The position numbers were made by a program, and so were the translations under genes. From contig NIVC01004194.1 of NCBI GenBank assembly GCA_002269645.1, forward strand, positions 1 to 55,826: 55,826 bases of DNA, written 5' to 3'. Below, one piece after another: positions 49,969 through 55,826 of this stretch. The notes beneath the pieces were generated by a model. It had not been told where the DNA came from. It worked only from the letters and a program-made list of their open reading frames with translations, and did not search any database. Position 1 is the stretch's first letter, and the number at the start of each line of letters is the position of its first letter. This DNA is from Macrostomum lignano (taxonomy: Eukaryota).

Positions 49969-50361
49969 GTCTGCAGATCAATACCCAGCACTGCGTGGCG
50001 GCGTCAGTCAACCTGATGCGCACGACAGAGCAACAGCTTCCGGGCCTGGTCGTCGTGCAGGAGCCCTGGATGACTAAAGGTAAGCCAAATAATGTGCCAT
50101 CTGGCTACCACTGTTTTTGCATGGCGGGCACTCAGCCTCGTCCAAGGTCTCTGGTCTTTGCTGCTAAAGCCTTTGAGGCATGGATGAGACCTAATCTCTC
50201 GACTGGGGACATCTGTGTTGTTCAAATCAATAACTTCATTCCCAATAAACCTGTGCTGGCAGCATCTGCCTATTTCCCAGGCGATGCCCCAGTAGTCTGC
50301 GACGCGCTAGTCAACCCCATTGACTACGCCGCGTCCCGTCGGTTCGAGCTGCTCATTGCAG
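49969..50361 (+). pseudogene. LINE ORF2 AP-endonuclease, truncated
   Basis: CLQINTQHCVAAS...VVVQEPW...SAYFP...LLIA, cut just before the expected GDxN motif. Confidence 0.8.
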
Positions 50362-50369
50362 AGGATGTG

Positions 50370-51500
50370 ATTTTTATATCAAAGGAGAGACGGCGTAGAG
50401 CACCCGGCGTCTTCTGGATGCTGGGGTGGCCTTCAGGAAAGTGCGGGCCTTTAAGAAGCGGTCGCTTATCCCGCACTCTGACCTCTGCCTGAAGGCTCTC
50501 GAGGAGTGTGGCGGGCTCAATATCCTCACGGACTCGATCCCAGCCACCCTTCTCCTGAGCCAAAGGTATAAGGTCACTATTCAGCCTCGACACGAGTCGA
50601 GTGACAGCTGGAGCGATGCTGAAGTCCACTGTTACACTGACGGCTCTATGAGGCATGGTCTTTCAGGCTTCGGAGCTTGCGTATTCTTCAAGGGAGAAGT
50701 GGTGTGGAGCTACTCCCAGCACACTGGGCTCAACTCCAGTGTTTTTCAGAGCGAGGTGCTTGCCATCAGCTCCTGCGCGGCAGAGCTGCGCCAAAGGCAG
50801 CTTAGCGGTCGGAAATTTATTTTTCACTCTGACAGCCAAGCAGCCCTTCGGGCCCTCTGCCGCAGCACCACCAGCTCCAGGTCCGTCCTGGACTGCAACA
50901 CCCAGCTCAATGGACTTGCGCAAGGCAACCAGTGGAGCTCAGATGGATCCCGGGCCACGCCGGTTTCCTCGGCAACGAGCGCGCTGACCTGCTGGCCAAG
51001 GCTGGCTCCGCCGGCGCGCTGCTGGGCCGGGCCCGGGAGCCTCCATCCCCGCCTCGGTGATCAACTCCCGCGTTAAGCGCTGGACTGACTCCGAGCATCT
51101 CCGCAGGTGGCACGACACCCGGAATTGTAGGCAATCCCGTGCGGCCGTCCCCTGCCCTTCTCCTCTCCTGCGTAGAGCCCTCCTCAGGCTCAACCGCAGA
51201 GACCTCAGAGCAGTTAGCATGGCCCTCTCCGGGCATGGCTGCTTCTCTCGCCACCACTTCCTTCAGGGCCAAGTACCCGAAGAGCGGTGCCCCTTCTGCC
51301 GCTCAGGCAGTGAAAACGCCGAGCATTTTATCTGCCACTGCCAGGTTTTCACCAGGGCCAGGCTCACTCACCTCGGGCCAAACCTGGTTCTCTCCGACGT
51401 TTGCAAACCCGAGAGCATCCCGCTGCTCGCCCGGTACCTCAGGGACACGGGACGAGCTGAGTTCTTCCCACCGTTGGTGAGGAGGACCGCACTGCAGGCG
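50370..51500 (+). pseudogene. LINE ORF2 C-terminus: connection, RNase H and CCHC zinc finger, with a stop and frameshifts
   Basis: YTDGS...VFQSEVLAI...HSDSQAAL, then (one-base shift at ~50930) VELRWIPGHAGFLGNERADLLAK, later LSGHGCF...CPFC...ENAEHFICHC. Confidence 0.85.
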
Positions 51501-51736
51501 AGACCGACGGGTCCCCCTGAGCGACATCACTTCAATGGAAGTCATTGGTCGCCAGGTGCTAGCGGAATGGGCGGTCTCCTCCGCCTCCTCGCTGCATACG
51601 CCGGACGCCCCCTGCAGCTACGAGTAAGTCAAGACATGAATAAAATATTCTTTAAAATACTTTAGCTATTAGAATCTTATGTACAGCTAGCTTAACAGAA
51701 TACGAGAAAAGGCTACTCAGACAGGACGGAAAACTA

Positions 51737-52823
51737 CCGGGTCGTGCAAAAAATGTAATGTGAATCAGTTTATCATCGAATGCAATTATCTTTTTATTCG
51801 TTAGCATTATAACTTTTTAAAACAACACAATGTAACCTAATGTCTAACGAGTGTGTTCAATCAATGTAGCCGCCTTCAGCGCTGATGACCTGCTCCACAC
51901 GGCCCCGAAGCTGGAGCACACCTTGATGATGTACTCCTTGTCATCTCAGTCCACACTGCATTAACAGCAGCCTTCAGAGCGTCCACATTTGGGTGGCGTG
52001 TAGGCCTGGCTGGAGATATGTCACCAGATGCTGTTAGTCCAACGGATTGGTGTCCGGAATCTGTGGCGGCCAGAATTTTTTAGGCCTGAATTTCAAGTAG
52101 TTTCCAGGAATATAATGCAGTTCTGCACAGCATTTGCCGTGTGTGCAGGCGCCCCATCATGCTGAAACACGTATAGTTTTCATCTGGGCAGATGCTCCGT
52201 ATCAGGGCAGCACTTTCCTGATCAGGGATCTGCCTGTAACGTGCTGCATCCATGCAGTCTGTAGCCCTGGTCGAAACACACTGGTGGCATCTTAGCACCA
52301 TTTGAAGCAACAATGCCGAGCATCATGACTGATGCTGCTGGATGCTTGGTGGTGTGGTGCAGTGATGGTCGCAGAGAAACTCCACCAGCTCTTTTCACTG
52401 TTCTTGACATTGTTGACAGACTGACGCTGTTCTGCTTGGCCACGCTGCTTATGGAGGCAGTCGGATTGTCCTCAAATTGCTCCTTGACAGCATTCAGGTC
52501 AAGTTTTGCTGGCCGGCCAGATCCTGCACGCCTCTCCAAGCTTTCTCCGTCAGAAATCAGCTTTTTCACTTCCTAGACGGTCACAGTTGAACATCCAGCT
52601 TGGAGATTTCTTCATTACTCTTTCCGGCGCAAACTAAGAGTTCAATCTGTTTTCTTTTCTCAGACAATTCACACAGCTGGAAGTGAATTGAGTCAAGAGT
52701 GGGTATCAATTGAGAGCTTATATAGAAATCTTTCAGGCGACGTCAGATTCAAATAGTTCTGAGAAACACGCTTAATTCATATTAACAAACATTTTTCTAA
52801 CATTACATTTTTGCACAACCCAG
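51737..52823 (-). mobile_element. Tc1/mariner (ITm, maT/DD37D-like) transposon remnant, internally deleted
   Basis: TIRs CCGGGTCGTGCAAAAAATGTAATGT (from 51737) and ACATTACATTTTTGCACAACCCAG (to 52823); TA at 51735-51736 and 52824-52825. Broken transposase on the minus strand: RRAGSGRPAK, HPASVMMLGIVASNG, QHDGAPAHTA, FWPPQIPDTNPLD(Y), SFRGRVEQVISAEGGYID. Confidence 0.85.
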
Positions 52824-53965
52824 TATACGTTTGTTGGAAAATTTATGAGTCAGGTTTAGGAGGCATCGAATCCTAATTTTCTTAACGAAAAGCTTTATGA
52901 ATGTCAATAGATAGCAGAGCTATAAGAATGGCAAGACATATCAAAGGATGAACATTGGGTCTGACTCCTATCAAAAGCTTTTTGTGCTGAGAAAATGAAA
53001 GCCTTCTCCCATAATGTATTTTTTTCGGTAAAACGTGCCTTTAAAATTTCCCGCGTCTTTTTGTCTTGGACTGTGTTAGTTGAATATTATATTTATTAGT
53101 CAATATTGGGTGTACAGTGCATATTGCAATACGCGTTTACGAGTACTGTATCGATTGCATTTGCGGACATCACGAGAGGCATGCGTACATGTAGAATGTG
53201 TGTGCATAGAACTTGACCGTCGGATCTCCGAAGCCGCATACAGTGATTAGACCTGTCACCTGTACTTACCTGATATGCTTGAGTTGCGCCTTCAGTTTTG
53301 AAAAGGCGCTTGCAGCATCCCAAATTTTGCGTGAGCAAAATCTTGCTGCGATTGCAATAGCTACACAAATTAAAGGATCGGGGCCGGGCGGGTAACACAT
53401 ACATATGTCAGTAGGAGATTTTGCTGCAGATTGAGCCAGTGATGATGGACAAAAGGCCTTGAGATTTTTCCTCTGTAGCAGCTCAGACTCAGCTCCTCAA
53501 ACATCATTTAGCCGTCTTGTTGTCGAACAGCCACACGCCTATTTCGTGTCGAAGTTGAGCTCTCAAAGGCTACAACATCCCGCACACTGCCCGAGCCTTA
53601 CACCTGACTTCGCAACAGAACCCGATGCATGCATTAAGCCCCCATAATTATTACCTTTTGCCTTCCATTCCATGCAGCCACCTCAGCTAACCTATAGCTA
53701 TATTTGCTTTTTCTTTTTTATCTCCACGATATCTTATAGGGCCTTCTAGCTTGCTCCTCTTTCTCTTCAGCCTGTCAGTCATTGGCCAAAGCAGGGGGGG
53801 GGGATCGTCCGCACGGATTAAATCGCCATGCAGTGGGAAGGTCTCGCCCGCTCAGCTCCTGTCGCATGCCAAACACAATCGAGCCGAAATTTCACTCCAA
53901 AAAGGCATGGGCCAGTGCTGCTGCGCCAAGTTGGACGCTGATCTGCTGTACTCTCCGATATTGCA

Positions 53966-54321
53966 ATGTCTTCGGGACCCGCTGGCGGCGCAACGGCGAA
54001 CGACGCTGACTTCGCCGCGGTCAGCAGCAAAGCCCGACCAGAGCGACAGAGGCGACGTCAATCAACAACGCGCTGTTCCAGCATCATCGACTCTGAGCTG
54101 TTCGGCGAAATACCAGCGAACTGTCGCGCCAAGCTCGCAAGGAGGTGTTCCTGCTGCGCGGCATGGTCAAGTCCGGCCTGCTGCCATTGAAGTCCTACGT
54201 CATGATTGCCGCTGAGATTGTCGACGACGACTCCAAGCTGGCTCGGCTGGTCAATGCAGACGCCGTCGGCAAGGGCGGCGACGGTGTTGGGGCAGCGGCG
54301 AGCTCCTCGAGATGCTCGTAG
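53966..54321 (+). other. Candidate coding segment of an unidentified gene
   Basis: GC-rich island. Frame 54136-54321 reads RKEVFLLRGMVKSGLLPLKSYVMIAAEIVDDDSKLARLV...*. It can join the ORF from ATG 53966 by one added C at ~54136, or be spliced at the CCAG at 54116. No family recognised. Confidence 0.3.
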
Positions 54322-54769
54322 CTATGAATAGATTATCCTTTGACATTTTTGATCGAGCAAATATATGTGTCTCAACCTCTACACGTACAGCTAGGTTGCA
54401 CAAGCTGAGAGTCGGAAAGGTGTGCACTGACGGGAAATGAATAGATGGATCTTTGGTTAGAAATTATAATTTCCAGCCTCTAATAATACTCGTGCTGAGA
54501 AGAAGGAAAGACATTTACATGCTTGTAGAGCTTCAGTCTTCAATGTTTCTCAGCACTAATGGACCCCCTATATCCTTATAATATTCTAATATTCTGGACC
54601 AACAAGAATCTAGTTGTTCAGTTTCTGATTTTCATTACATTGTTTTCTGTACAAGTTGCTATACTACAAATCGTTTTCGCAATCAATTAAAAACATTCCG
54701 GTCCTTTCAATTAAAGCAAAAAACGTACTAAACGAATAAATGAAAGAAAAAAAGATCCAAAAAAGATCC

Positions 54770-54945
54770 AAGTCTTGAGGGGGATTGCTGAGATGTCAAG
54801 TCTTGGGGCCAGGGGGGGGGGAATTGTTGAGAAGTCAAGTCTGGGGGATGGCTGAGATGTCAAGTCTTGGGGGGGGGGGATTGCTGAGATGTCAAGTCTT
54901 GGGGGGGGATTGCTGAGATGTCAAGTCTCGGGGGAATTGCTGAGA
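54770..54945. repeat. Short tandem repeat (GGGGGATTGCTGAGATGTCAAGTCTT)
   Basis: About 5 units with variable poly-G. Confidence 0.85.
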
Positions 54946-55074
54946 TACAAAGGCTGAGGTCAGAAGCTACATGTATAGTTTCTTTACACTAATCATTTGA
55001 CAGAGACTCAAGCACGCCTCAAATACGACTCTTCGTCCCCAGAGTCCTTACCCGTATAAAACGAAACGGTCACA

Positions 55075-55760
55075 AAAAGGGGCTGTGACCGTTCCACTTG
55101 TTACCGTGGTCTGTAATGCTTGTGACCGTTTATTGTGACCGTTCATGTTCATGATAATAAGGTAACATGATACCGTTCATAGTTACCATATATGTGACCG
55201 TTTGTTCAGGGTCACATGTTACCGTTCAATGTGACCGTATTTTGTGACCGTTTGTTCAGGGTCACATGTTACCGTTCAATGTGACCGTATTTTGTGACCG
55301 TTTGTTCAGGGTCACATGTTACCGTTCAATGTGACCGTATTTTGTGACCGTTTGTTCAGGGTCACATGTGACCGTTCAATGTGACCGTATTTTGTGACCG
55401 TTTGTTCAGGGTCACGTGTTACCGTTCAATGTGACCGTATTTTGTAACGTTTGTTCAGGGTCACGTGTTACCGTTCAATGTTACCGTATTTTGTGACCGT
55501 TTGTTCAGGGTCACATGTGACCGTTCAATGTGACCGTATTTTGTGACCGTTTGTTCAGGGTCACATGTGACCGTTCAATGTGACCGTATTTTGACCGTTT
55601 GTTCAGGGTCACATGTGACCGTTCAATGTGACCGTATTTTGTGACCGTTTTGCCTAGGGTAACTATGTTACTGTTTACTTTTGCCATATTTTGTGACCGT
55701 TTTGCTTAGGGTAACTATGTTACTGTTTACTGTTACCATATTTTTGTGACCGTTTTGTGA
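55075..55760. repeat. 50-bp minisatellite built from GTGACCGT/GGTCAC sub-motifs
   Basis: Unit GTGACCGTTTGTTCAGGGTCACATGTTACCGTTCAATGTGACCGTATTTT, about 9 regular copies with degenerate flanks. Confidence 0.92.
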
Positions 55761-55826
55761 TCTTGTGTGTTTTTTCTGACTATCGACCAACAGTATAATA
55801 ATGTGCAAATAAGTAACAGGAATACA

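Larger units (their letters stand above)
47978..51632 (+). mobile_element. Non-LTR retrotransposon (LOA/R1-like, I group) with an internal deletion removing the reverse transcriptase
   Basis: 13-bp TSD GACATGAATAAAA at 47965-47977 and 51633-51645. Contains ORF1, an AP-endonuclease N-terminus, RNase H and a CCHC finger, and ends in GAGTAAGTCAA. No RT motifs between the endonuclease and RNase H. Clade assigned from domain order and remembered motifs. Confidence 0.88.

Overview
Eukaryotic (invertebrate metazoan) genomic DNA: GC-rich spliced exons sit in AT-rich introns filled with micro- and minisatellites. This architecture resembles the flatworm Macrostomum, but the species is inferred, not shown. 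Seven host genes can be read by hand. (1) 5' exons of an atypical 5-HT2-like class A GPCR (minus strand, runs off the left edge). (2) The last two exons of ABHD16A. (3) RAB21 (2 exons, one frameshift). (4) A complete 13-exon K+-dependent Na+/Ca2+ exchanger (NCKX/SLC24), with every junction phase-consistent. (5) A MIER-family ELM2-SANT gene (one frameshift). (6) An intronless RING/coiled-coil gene. (7) A 2-exon, highly divergent KDEL-receptor paralogue. Mobile elements: a Crypton-type tyrosine-recombinase element in NCKX intron 4 with nested inverted repeats and TATGG cores; a LOA/R1-like LINE with a 13-bp TSD and no RT domain; a Tc1/mariner (maT-like) remnant with TIRs and TA TSD; and small MITE- and Helitron-like elements. 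The most interesting signals are the Crypton element's recombination-site-like architecture, a minisatellite seeded from its terminal sequence, tandem arrays that multiply real splice donors, a possibly spliced RT-less LINE, and receptor paralogues lacking canonical functional residues. Most long ORFs in the supplied track are tandem-repeat artefacts.
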